Origin: Podarcis vaucheri
Taxonomy: Eukaryota
NCBI GenBank assembly: GCA_965113315.1
Contig: OZ220372.1
Length of the DNA stretch: 64,000 nucleotides
Strand: one strand, 5' to 3'
Shown here: piece after piece, positions 13,401 to 25,400 of the stretch
Layout of the letters: every line of letters starts with the position of its first letter
Position numbering within the stretch: the stretch's first letter is position 1
The notes under the pieces: model-generated
Database searches by the model: none
The model's input: the letters and a program-made list of their open reading frames with translations, nothing else
What the model was told of the DNA's origin: nothing
Program-made: the position numbers and the translations under genes

Positions 13401-16400
13401 GCGGGAAACTAAGTTTTCTGAAGAAGTTAGCAGACTTTTTCAAAATTGTATGAAGCTCCTGCAACTCACTAGAAAGGGTTCGGATAATTATGTCTGGCAT
13501 ATCTGGAGTTCCATATGCTTGAGCCACCTTAAAGCATTTTATAGGCATTCCATTATGCCAGCATAATTAACAGGTGGGGAAAGTGACATACAAGGAGGCG
13601 AAGAGAGATGTCTCCTACTTGAAGATTTGACGGGTGTAACAAGGAGGGAGGAGATAGGATGATGAGCTTAGAAGCAAAACCCAAAAGAAACTGGGATGCA
13701 GGAGGAGATACAAGGTATAAACCATAGGAATCCTGACAAAAATTGTTCTTGAAGTCTAACAGAAAGAGAAGGTGAGTTAATGACTGCAGTTCTGGCCATT
13801 TCAGATCTTAGAAATTAAAGACCCTGCCTCTTGAAGACAGCAGGCTCTGGAGGCAGAGGTTTCCTGGCATGCATGAATACAGAACTGAGCAGGATGTACT
13901 TACCCAGAGGGAAAATACCTTTTAATCTTATATCATATATATTTGATTCTGAGAGCCAAAAATTCATTTCTTCAACTAAGCCACACTAATACTGTGTGTA
14001 TTTTGGTAACATCATCATTCTAGTTTAGGAGAAATAGACAGGAAGGATTCTCTCTCCAGGATCATGCCATCCCCCACCCCACCAGATGACAAACTCCTTT
14101 GCACATGAAGCGAAATGGGAAACAAGGAGTAGCAAACAGGTTGGATTAAGAAATATACATCTCATCTAGCAAACCACACTTTGAAAGAGGAAAAAATAAG
14201 GGTTGCATGCCACCCCAATCTCCATGAGTAGTGCAAAAGTCCTGGGGTTGCAGATATGCTTAACAGGGTCTGTGTTCCCTTTTGAGACACTACAGAGACT
14301 GTGGTGCCCACTAGCACCCATAAAAGGACCTCTGCTAAGGGCCCATCCAGCTAACTCTGCAAAGCTGGCTTGCTTGGCTTGTTAGCATAAGTAAATTCAG
14401 GGGTTTTCTATGTTTGGCGAAGTTTAATCGAACATTGATTAATTCAAACTTTTACTGACTCCAGAAATTATGGGGAGTATCTAGCATGCAGGAATTTAGG
14501 GGAATCTGCCCCCCCACAAACCTATAACATCAGACATGAGCCCCCCGCCATTAGTTTGTACCTATTTGCTGTAATTATCCTGTTAGTTCTGGCTCAATTT
14601 ATGGACAATTTTGCACAGTGATATTCATCACGGAACTTTTCAACTGGCAAGGTGGATGATCATATAGCACGTGGTTCTAGTGAAACTATATAGTGACCAG
14701 ACACACGCCCTAATAAGGCAAGTTTTGTAATAAAGGAGACCTGCTGTTCTTTGCTTTGTGAGTGCAGTGGTACCTCTGTTTAAGAACTTAATTCGTTCCG
14801 GAGGTCCGTTCTTAACCTGAAACTGTTCTTAACCTGAGGTACCACTTTCGCTAACGGGGCCTCCCGCTGCTGCCATGCAATTTCTGTTCTCATCCTGAAG
14901 CAAAGTTCTTAACCTGAGGTACTATTTCTAGGTTAGCAGAGTCTGTAACCTGAAGCGCCTGTAACCCAAGGTACCACTGTGGTTCTCTCTGTAGCCTGTT
15001 CCCAACTCATCTTCTAATGCCTGCCACGTTTTACTCCTAATTGCTAGACATCTATTTTCTACTTTATGTAAAAAGCAGCTCTTTGTGAAAAGGGGAGGAG
15101 AACAAGGAAGGAGGAGGAAGGCATAAAGGTGGGATTTAGTCCTTTGAACTCACTCACCATTGGCTGGTTGTAGTGCTCCAGGGACATAGTGACAACGTTG
15201 AGGCAAATTATGAAAGTGATGAAGATGTCCAAGTAGTGGCTGGTGCAGACCGAATGGATGAGGAGGCGGACAGAGCAGTAGGTGGCATAATACGGCAAGC
15301 GCTGTGCTTCTGCCATGGGAGTGGCAAGGGGAGCAACCCAGGGAGGGAGGGAGGGGAGAGGAAGAACAGAGAAGAGGCAAGGAAAGGAAAGAATGGAAAC
15401 AGAGAAAGAGGAGCAAGGTGAAAGGAAAGGAAAAAAGAATGTAATAAAAGGAAACCAGAAGACGGGGAAGAAAACAGAAAGTGAGTAAGTGAAAGGGAAG
15501 AGGGGAGGAGAGGGGAGGGGAGGGGAGGGGAGAGGAGAGGAGAGGGACAGAAAGAATCTGTTAATCCTGTGTTTGTAGAAATGATGCTAAACCAGCATTT
15601 CATGCTCCAACAAATTGAGTTTTCAAATGAGCAGAGGAAGCAAGCATCTCCAGAAAAGGAAAATCTGAAGTAAGGAGAAGTTACAGGGACTTCCATGGTT
15701 CTGGGACAGAGATGCATTCAAAGGGGTTTAAGGAGCAGTAGAGGGGAGAGGAAAGGCTGGACTAATTCACATCCAGGTGCATTTGGGGTATGTGTGTTTT
15801 TCTCATTAAATCATCTACACACAAAACTACACGCACAAATAAGAGGCACATTGAAACGGGATTCTCTTGGTTCCAAGGCTGTCTTAGAATATGATGACTG
15901 AAAGAGATAGAGATAGCCATGGGCCCCATCTACCCAAAGAACAGGTGATGTTAACAGGGTTTTTTTGGGCAGATGCTCAATGGCATTTGACCAAGCGGCA
16001 AACAGCTCTCACAGTTTTGCCACCCACATACACATCAAGAACATAAGCACCTGCTGGGTCAGGCCAATGGCCTTTCTAGTCTGGCACCCTCTTCTCACAG
16101 CGGCCTGTGAGAAGCCCAAGAGCAACAGCTCTCTCTCCCTTTTCCCATGGTTTCCAGCAACTGGTATTCAGAAGCATTCTTGCCTCTGACTGTGGAGGTA
16201 AAATGCAGTCACCTGGGTTAGCGATGTTGTATTCGTTGTTGTTTTTTTTAATAAAAAATGACAAGTTTTTTCTCAGAAAACTTCAGCCTACGAACCAACA
16301 AAACACTTAGGTTGTTCCTTACTCCTACGCTTCTTCTCCAGGCGCCTCAGGCGCTTCTCTTCCCGCCGCCGGGCCTCTTCTGCCTCTTGGTGTTGCCGAC

Positions 16401-19400
16401 ATTTGTGGAAGTTCTCCACCACCACCCCTACAAACATGTTGAGGACGAAGAAGCTGACGATGAGCAAGAAAGAAATGAAGTAAAGGAGCATCCAAGGGTT
16501 GTTGTTGGTCACTGGCTGGAATTAAAAAGACAGACAGACAGACAGACAGACAGACGCTGTAGTTAGCACTTTATGAGAGGAAAGACCAAGAAATGATTTT
16601 GTTGAAGGAAATCGGAGATTTCTGGAAAGCAAGGAAGACAGCAAGAATTTATGATTTTTATGACCAATGGGAGACCCAAACTTCATGGAAATATGGCGCA
16701 GGACACATCCTCCCTCCCCTCAAGCACTGGAGAGTGATATTTGTGATTTATTGAGGAGAGTTTATAGGGAATCCTTCCTTGACTGCCTGTTCTTTTCTTT
16801 CCTGCTACTGGGGAAGGCATGGTGCATATATTTGTATGAACAAAAGTACTGCCATCACAGTGACATTCATCCATTCTGTCCATCATGAGGATGGTTTTAA
16901 TTAATAGGGCAGCAATAAAAAAAGCTAGAGCAGTGTCATGTTGAAGAGAATGAATATTGAGCTGGGAAGGTTCCTGCTTTCCTGAGTGTTCAGGTCAAGC
17001 CACTGTATTTAATCCTCAGTCCTACCCTTGTGATCTACAATAAAGGTATAAAAATAGTGGCATATCTTACAGGTTTGTTGCATGGAATATTCATAATTTA
17101 TATGAAGTACAGAGGAAAAGCAAAACAATCAGTCCAACTAATTTTTAACCTCTCCCACTCAATTAAAAAGTGCTTTAAATTATTATTTTTAAGCTGTCAG
17201 ATTTATTAGGCTATTGCACATGATGATCTTGATCAGATTCCAAAACAGTATCATTTTTTCCTGCACTCTAAACTTTTTTTGGAGGAAACAAGCCAGGAGT
17301 GCAATGTTAAGAGCTTATTGAAACAGTGTCCCAAAAGGATTTGACATGCGTGTCTTTCTGTGTGGGGGTGGAATTAGTATTTAGATTAATAATATTGGTA
17401 GCTGGAATACAAGAATAATAATTACAGTATCAGAGAAGTAGACTAGGATAATTACAATAATTCTCTGAAGAACTCATTTAGCAATGTATACACAAATTAT
17501 TAATGTTCGATCACTATTATCAAGTCATTAAATATCAGAAATTAGTACAGGCACAACAGCATTTTTCAGAGAAGTAATTTTGCAGCCTTGCGTGTATATT
17601 TGCCGCCTGAGATGCCAAAGAGAACTTCCAGATGGGTAATGAAGCTTAGCTAGAGAAATGGAACGGTCAAATCCTATGCATGTCTACTCTGAGTAAGTAA
17701 GTCCCATTAAATTCAATGGGGCTAAATTTCAGGTAAGTGGGTCGAGGTTCACAGTCTAAGGATTTTCCAGATTATTTTAAAAACAAAGCCCTGGTGTTTT
17801 TTTTAATGTTTTACTCATCTTAGAACAAATCCAGCAAAGGGGGAGAAACTTTGTTTGTGGTGGGAGTCATTCTGCATATGTAACAGGAGAGTGAAGAACT
17901 CTCACAAGAATTAATAAGGAGAAGACGGTGTCATTGGTAAGTAATTTATGTCACAGACACCGTCCAATAGGAGAAATCCACACTAAAATGCTGGTGAAAT
18001 TTTATATGGATCCTTAAAAGAAAGCTCACAAATTGCTGCACAGGTGTGGAGAACTGAAAATCAGTTTGGAAAAATGCAAAACTGAGAGAACAAAAATTGA
18101 CAGATTCGTCTGTCCTTATTCCCATGTAGATAAAAACCGTTTTGTACGTATATTTTGGCTGCCCTAGAACTGTTGTGAGGTTGTGCTAGAAATGGTTCTC
18201 TCCAAACAAGACCAGCTGAAAACCATTCTGCTATACTGAGAAAACAAGTTGCGTTCACAGTGTGGATGTAATATATCATCGTCACTGTTTAGGTCCTGTG
18301 CAACTGCCATCTGCATTAGGGAAGGGATCTTGCATTATTAAAGTGAACAGGAACAGCAGCAGATTTTAGCTGCCAGGCGTGAAAAGCCCTGCCTAGGGTG
18401 GGAATTGCCGCAAGTGATCATCAATCCAAAGAGTCTGCCATCATGCCCCAAAGGACACATGATACTACTGCAAAGCCATTAAGAGATAAAGAAGACGACA
18501 GTGATTGGCAGAAGTTTATGCAAAAAGAATAAACGTGGGAGCATTAAAACAATTTTCTCCATGCTAGTTACCTGAAAGATATGCCATGTCTGCACACACA
18601 GAAAACAAAAGCTACACCCACTACAAATTAGATGAGGACAAACTGCAGCAAAAATGGAATGGCCCAGCATGAAAATAGTACCAATCAATCTGACAAATCT
18701 CTGAGGGAAGCAACGTGCTTTCAATGCAAGGTGTTTATACAACCCTAGTACAGTTAAATAAGGAACTTATACTCTAAGGGCGCCTCCAGACTGTGGCAAT
18801 TTTGTGGAAGGGATTCGAGCATATACTTGAACTGTTGGTTTGCGCAATCAAAGTGGATTAAAGCACTCTGTTGCCCTAGAGCAACAAATCTGCTTTTAAA
18901 AATGCAAATGAATGGTTAACAGAAAGATGCGCAAACATCTCACACGCAACTCAGGATGAATCCTCATTGTTGCATTAAAAAGTCAGAATAAATGCTCAAT
19001 GAAGACTGGAATTAGTCTAACCCGTGTAAGTTCTGTGCGAGCAAATCAACATGAATTCTCAATGAAGAGTTTGTTTGGAGGGGGCCAAAAACGGGAGAGA
19101 AACAGCAGTGAGAGGGAGTGATAGAGAAGAGAAGGAGAGAGGACTGTGGGCAAATGTCTTGACGTGCATTTAAAGCCTATTTACACTTGGGAATGAGGAT
19201 GAAGAGTATAGACTAAAGGCTATGGGGGGAAATGCAAGTTTTGAGGAGAAAATAGAGAACTCAAGAGAGAGATTTGGCATTGCACATGTATTAAGAAAGG
19301 CAGTTCAGTGCACACAGCAAGAGAACATATTAGAAAGGTTGCTTGAGAAATCTGTTATTCCCAAATTCTGCTACAAACTGACCTGACCTCTAATACTAAA

Positions 19401-22400
19401 ATTCAGGTAAGAAATGGGTAATATTTTGGAGTTTGCACTTCTAATTTTGCAATGCAGCTCCCGCACTCAAAAAAAGTACTAAAATGCATCTAGAAATGCA
19501 AGTTTTCATGATGACATAAATTTAGAAAAATGCACTTTGCGAGAAAATACCATTAGGAAAATATGTTCAAACATACATATTTTAAATTGCAAGGTCTTTT
19601 TTCAATGCAGAAACAGAGAGGATTGGCTTTATGAATGAACACATGCAAAACAGACATTGACCAGAAAAAGAGTGATCTGTCTATGCTCACTCAATGTCTT
19701 TTGTCAAATGAAAAATGGCCTGCCGCACTATGTTATCCAGAAGAAACTTAACCACTCCCCCTATAACTTCCTAGTACTTGGGGAGGTACATAGCAAACCA
19801 ATTAGGAGTCATCAAAGATGGATCATCCAGCCTATTTAACAACCCAGCTGAAAGCAACATGAATGATCATTTTGTAAAGCAAGTTCCATACCTGCTGATC
19901 AACAGCCACAGCATCCAGTCCATTGTACATAATGTTGACCCAGCCATCTTTGGAAGCCAGTACAAAGAGTGACATCAAAGCCTGCAACACATGAAAGTGA
20001 GTCAGCTTTGGACTGGTTCAGGGGTTGACTATTTGATGCACACAAATGAATAGCAAAAAAACCAGAGAGGTTCTTTCCTTCCTTCTTCCTCCACCACCCT
20101 CCCAAAGTTCTCCAGGAAAAGCTGATGGGAGAGGGAAAAGAATTTGCCTGTGAAAAGGGGGAAGAGAGAGAAGGAAGTGCTGCCAGACAGCTGTCCTCCG
20201 AGAAATTCGTCCCTAGAGAAACACCAGATCAGCTCAGTCACACTGTTGGTTTAGAAAACAACTCATCACAATACACTCCATTCCTTGCTAAAACGTCACA
20301 AATCTATCAAATCCAAGGGGTTGCAAAAAAGGGAACATGAAAAGTATCAGGAAGGACTGTGATGCATCTGATTATTATTTTTTAAGAACCCAATTATCTC
20401 CCTTTATAACTGGCTCTGAACTCTACCCTGCCACGTCTCACTCCCCCATGGAAAATTCGCACTCCGTGCAAAAGTTGACCCTTCAAAAAAGATTCCAAGA
20501 CACTTCAGGAGGCCTCCAGATTAGACAGTGAATTTCAACTGGATGCAAACAGGGAAAGAAGCTAGAATATTTTAATCAGAAATGTAAAGCATCCTCCATA
20601 AACACTCGCTCTGTTTGCTCCCTTAAGAGCCTCCAGAGGTTGAGACTCGACAGTTTCCCTAGGCAACCATTTTCATTTCCCCAACAGTTCTTTTTGCAAG
20701 GAGATCTTTTCTAATGTCCGGTCTGAACGTGCTTTACTGGAATCTAAACACACTATTTGTAGTGCTTCTTTCTTTGTCCCTCGTAAACACTGCCCCCACC
20801 CCTGATTGATTTCTTTGCGTTTAAAACTTGCTACCAGGTCTCTTAAGGTAGCATACAATGTAAAACCATGAAAATGATATCCCTGTTCATGCAACTAAAC
20901 AGAGCATGCTGAACATGTGCTGCTGCAAGGCAGGGTTGTGGTGGCAGGCCCCATTGCCACCCTCCATGCAGTCATTGGCTCTTCTGCGCGGGGTGTGTAG
21001 ACTCTGTTCAGAAGAGTTGGTGAATGCATAGAGTCAAAAGTAGGATCCTGCTTTCCTGTCCTACATGCCCAGTTAATCTTGATTAGCACCATCAACAGCA
21101 TTGGAATTAGAGTTAAAATTCTGACTTTTGAAAATATATTTGAAAATATTTTAAATTAATTATTACAGTTTAATCCCTCATAATGCATAGCTCTTTATCC
21201 TTTCCACATAAATCATGTGCACATGTCATATGGTGGGAAGGGCCACAGCTCAACAGTAGGGTGTCTGCTTTGCATCTAGAATGTTCAATTCCTGTCATGT
21301 CCAGGTGGTAGGGCTGGAAGGGAAGCCCGGAGAGCCACTTCCAGTCAGTGCAGACAATGCTGAGCTAGATGGACTGACGGTCTTGTGTCACCATCAAACT
21401 TCTGACACCGTGTGTTGTCTTCAGCTATTTATCTAGAAACTCACTGTAAGCCAAGTTAATGAACTTTATTTCTGAAAAGGTCTGGGAGCCTACATAAAGT
21501 AGTAACGAACTTCTTCAGTCAGGCCACTTCTCTGAGCCAGCTCTGCAGCAGCTGGCCTCCTGGGCTATGCCTGTTTCCCTTAAAGGGGCCATGTGCCAGT
21601 TACGTAACTCACAATTCATACATTACAGGTGTGACTCGATAGAAGGCAGCTTTCTATGTTCCTATGTGTTCTAGAACCTCAACATGCTATTTCTGGTTCT
21701 TTTTTCTTTTAGGTCACAGAGGTCTTCAGCTTTCTCTGACCTCTGAGACCACTTGAAAGATTCCTGGATACTGTAATTGAAATATGCTGCTTTTATTGAA
21801 TTTTTTAAAGCAGCTTTTGAATTGCTGCTTTGCATTAATCATTTATTGTACAGCCCACCAACTTGATATTATTCCAATGAGATGAGGTATATCAGTATTT
21901 TAAACCAACCAACCAAACCAAACCAGACCTTGAGGCATTATCTGAACCAAGTTAAGCACTTTGTATCCCACTGAAATTAGTAATGGAGTAAAGGCTACAG
22001 TCCTTTAACCCACTTACCTGGGAGCCAACCCCATTAAACAATGGTATTTACTTCTCAATAGACATGTAAGTGCATGCTTAACCGAAGCCTTAATTGCCAT
22101 TTTTATTAAAATGTGGTTGGCTTAGTTTAGTTTCAATGTGCTGATTTTATTGCTGAAACCAAGGAGACTTAGAAGCACTTAATGTTGGATGGACTATGCC
22201 ATTTGCAATTCTGATTCTTAAGGTATATCTATCTTACAATGTGGTAATTAAAAACTGGATACGCTTCAGAAGATGAAGGCTCTCAACAGCAGGACTACAA
22301 CCTCCCATCCTTCAATGTGAGGATCGATGTCTGAAGTCACAGTCCTTCCTTTTAGGCTGAAGACACCAGGGAGACTAAAGTGAGTCTAAGGAAACTTGGA

Positions 22401-25400
22401 GGGTTCCACATTTACCTGGCCCAGATTGTCGAAGTTGTATTTGTGATGGACCCACTTGTAATTGGCAGCCATGCAGTCAGACCTATTGGTGATGTTTCGG
22501 GTGTCCACGCCCAGACAGTGGTAGAACTTCCCCTTGAACAGCTGCAAGAAGAAACCACTTTGTCAGAGACTTTGCTGTTAGGAATGGAGGGTGGTGCTCC
22601 TGAGTTTGGTTACGAGACAAGGCACCTTGCGCCTCTCGGTCACTGACTGCCACCTGATTTAAGACCCATTGTGAACTGAGAGTCATTAACCTCCTGACAC
22701 CCATTGGGAAGTAAGTAAATGAGAAAGTAGCTGAATGGGGACTAGCAGAAGCAAAATGCCCCCAATTCTATTCCCCAGGCCAGTCTAGAGTTATTCTGTT
22801 CCAAATTGTTACTGGGTTTGCTGAATGCGAGCATACTGCTCCCATGAATTAAATACTCAGAAAATATCCCCTACTCCTCAGACACTTCAACATAAATTTA
22901 CTTGGTGGTGACTTTAAAAAAAAATCTGTTGCCCCTTTCCCATATGGCAGGGATTGGATTGTGCATTTGGAAAATCTCAGGGTGACTTCACACGTTACAG
23001 GAAGCTCATCTGCTTTCTAGCACTTCCCGTACATTATGAAACTGCCATCCCTACATACAGATTAAGTATAGCACATTCTTCCAAATGATAGAAGCACTAC
23101 CCACTCCAGCAGTAGGAGCCTAAAATAAAACAGAACGTCACTACTTTCTTCTTCAAATAGTCGTGGGTGGATCCAGTGCTTGGAATGTGGGGGAAAGTCA
23201 GGAATTAACGGAAACCACTTTTTTGTAATAAAAGAGCAGGTAGATATCTGCGCTCTCAAGCATTTCAGTTTGGACCAGCAGTCAACATGCCATTTCAGCA
23301 CTGGGTCCTGAGGTCCAGCTGAATCTGACAGTAGCCCGGAACACCAGCCTTGCACTCTTATTATTTTGAAATGCATCCCTTCCAGCTATCACATTAGAAC
23401 TGGACCAAAGAGGGAGTGTGAAACAGTGAATATGACCCCTCCTCTAATTTTTTATTAAATCTCCAATATTCCAAAATATTTATTGTCATAAACAAAATGT
23501 TTTTCCCTAATATAAATTCCTTCTTGACTTCCCACCCCTCCTTTCCTGATGTTTGTTTTTCACTTCTTTTTATTAGTGAATATGACATCTCAAGCTCATC
23601 CAAATAGGTTCTTGCTTTCTCTGTGCCTGCATTCTCAGGGATGTGGAGTGGGACTCTGCCTAACATTCCTCTTCTTTCAGACCTTTGGATGGCCTTTTAA
23701 ACTGTGTAGGATATTAAATTTTGTTTGTTATTATGGTATGCATTTTTGTGTTTTTAGATTGTAAACTGCCCTGTGGTCTTTCAGATGAAGGGCGGTATAG
23801 GAATTTAATAGATAAGAATTAGAATCGATGCATTCCTAGGCAGATGCCATGGGGACAGCATTTTGTATGCCATCATTTCTGAAGTCTGCTTGCAAGTGGT
23901 TTGCATTCAAACTGCTTGCAAATGGACTTTGAAGTGATGTTTCTCGGCGTCCATCAGCTGGATTAGTGCTGAGAGCCACCCTCTTGGAAATCCAAGTGAC
24001 TGACAAATAGGCGGTTCCACCTGCTTGGCAAAGTTGGCCTGCAGTGAGGGGTGGGGGAGGGAAGGAAGGATCCAGCCCACCAACCAGATCCCGCGCCCCC
24101 ACCCTGCCTCATCAGGAGACAAAAAGCCACACGTCTCTTGACAAATTTCCTACCCACCTCTTTACCATGGTCTATAGTATAATGGGAAAGCAGGCCTTTA
24201 AGTAAGCAGAAGTAAATTCTCAACTGCTTTCATGTTAGGACAAAAAGATGCAGCACATGAGACACAAAGACACAGGAACCAGAGTGGTGTAGTAGTTGCA
24301 GTGTTGGACTAGGACCTAGACAACGCGGGTTCAAATCCCTCCTCAACCATAAAACTCAATTGGGTGACCTTGGGCCAGATACAGTCTCTCAGCCTGCCCT
24401 ACCTCACAGGGTTGCTGTGAGGGTAAAATGGGGAGGAAGAGAACCATGCACGCCACCATGAGCTCTGTGAAGGAAAGGTGGGATATAAATGCAATAAAAT
24501 TAAAAATAATTAAAAATAATACATTTTCTCATCGACGATATTAACAACAGTACCTGCACCCCAAGAATGCCGAAGATGATGAAGAAAGCACAGCAAATGA
24601 GGACGATGTTTCCAATGGGCTTGAGTGATGAAATTAGTGTCTCGACCACAAGTTTCAGGCCTGGTGCACGACTTATAACCCTGAAAAAGAAGCACTGTGA
24701 GGAGCAACAATAAGGGAGACGTAGAACAGAGCTGCTTTTCTCAATGTTTTACGAAGAGCTCCTCTAAAAAGTATCACGACACAGCTGCTTGCCCCATAAA
24801 GCAACACGGCAAATTTCCAACAAGGGCATCATTTCATCCCCATATATGTATTTTTGTACACATTACATGGCTGGACAACTGCATTACAAAATTAAGAGCA
24901 ATGCCAATTTCGAAGAACAGCTGTGCTTTGGTTTTCATATTGCTTTTGAAAGTGCAAATTAGGTACCTAAATGCCAACTCAGTCTAAATTCTCCCCCATC
25001 GCTACTATCAAAACTGACTCTGGATACACACACACCCATTCCCTGCCTCTATGCTTCTTCTTTCCTATTTCGATTGGCCTTGTCATCACAGACTGTATCT
25101 AAGTGCCCTGAGCTCTTCACCCTTCTTATTGCCCTTTCCAAAACCTTTATCACGGCAAAACATCTGGGAGTCCACACAAGCTTTCTCTGGGTGTTCAGAG
25201 GCAGGGTCCTTACAAAAGAGAGGAGGGGGGAGACTAGCCTTTTGGATCTCACCTAAGGGGGCGTAAAGTACGCAGCAGCCGGAGGACTCGCAGCACCCCC
25301 AGAATTTTGGCTCCACCAGCAGAGGCTACCGAAACCACAATATCAATGATGGATACGAACACCAAGAAGCCATCCAGGATATTCCAGCTACTGCGGAGAT

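Noticed and set aside
15675-15701. Possible exon-26-like microexon cccag|AACCATGGAAGTCCCT|gtaact
   Set aside because: 16 nt is frameshifting, the donor is weak and there is no similarity to paralog exon 26.
16288-16322. Read-through SKEQP after KKRR, resembling CACNA1G exon 25C (SKEKQMA); the next acceptor also reads MA-EAQ
   Set aside because: SK is forced by the A|GTAAG donor, the next GT is in the wrong phase, and no nearby upstream AG could include MA.
21082-21102. RE1/REST-like site ttagcaccatcaacagc
   Set aside because: Lacks the central GG of the GGACAG half-site.
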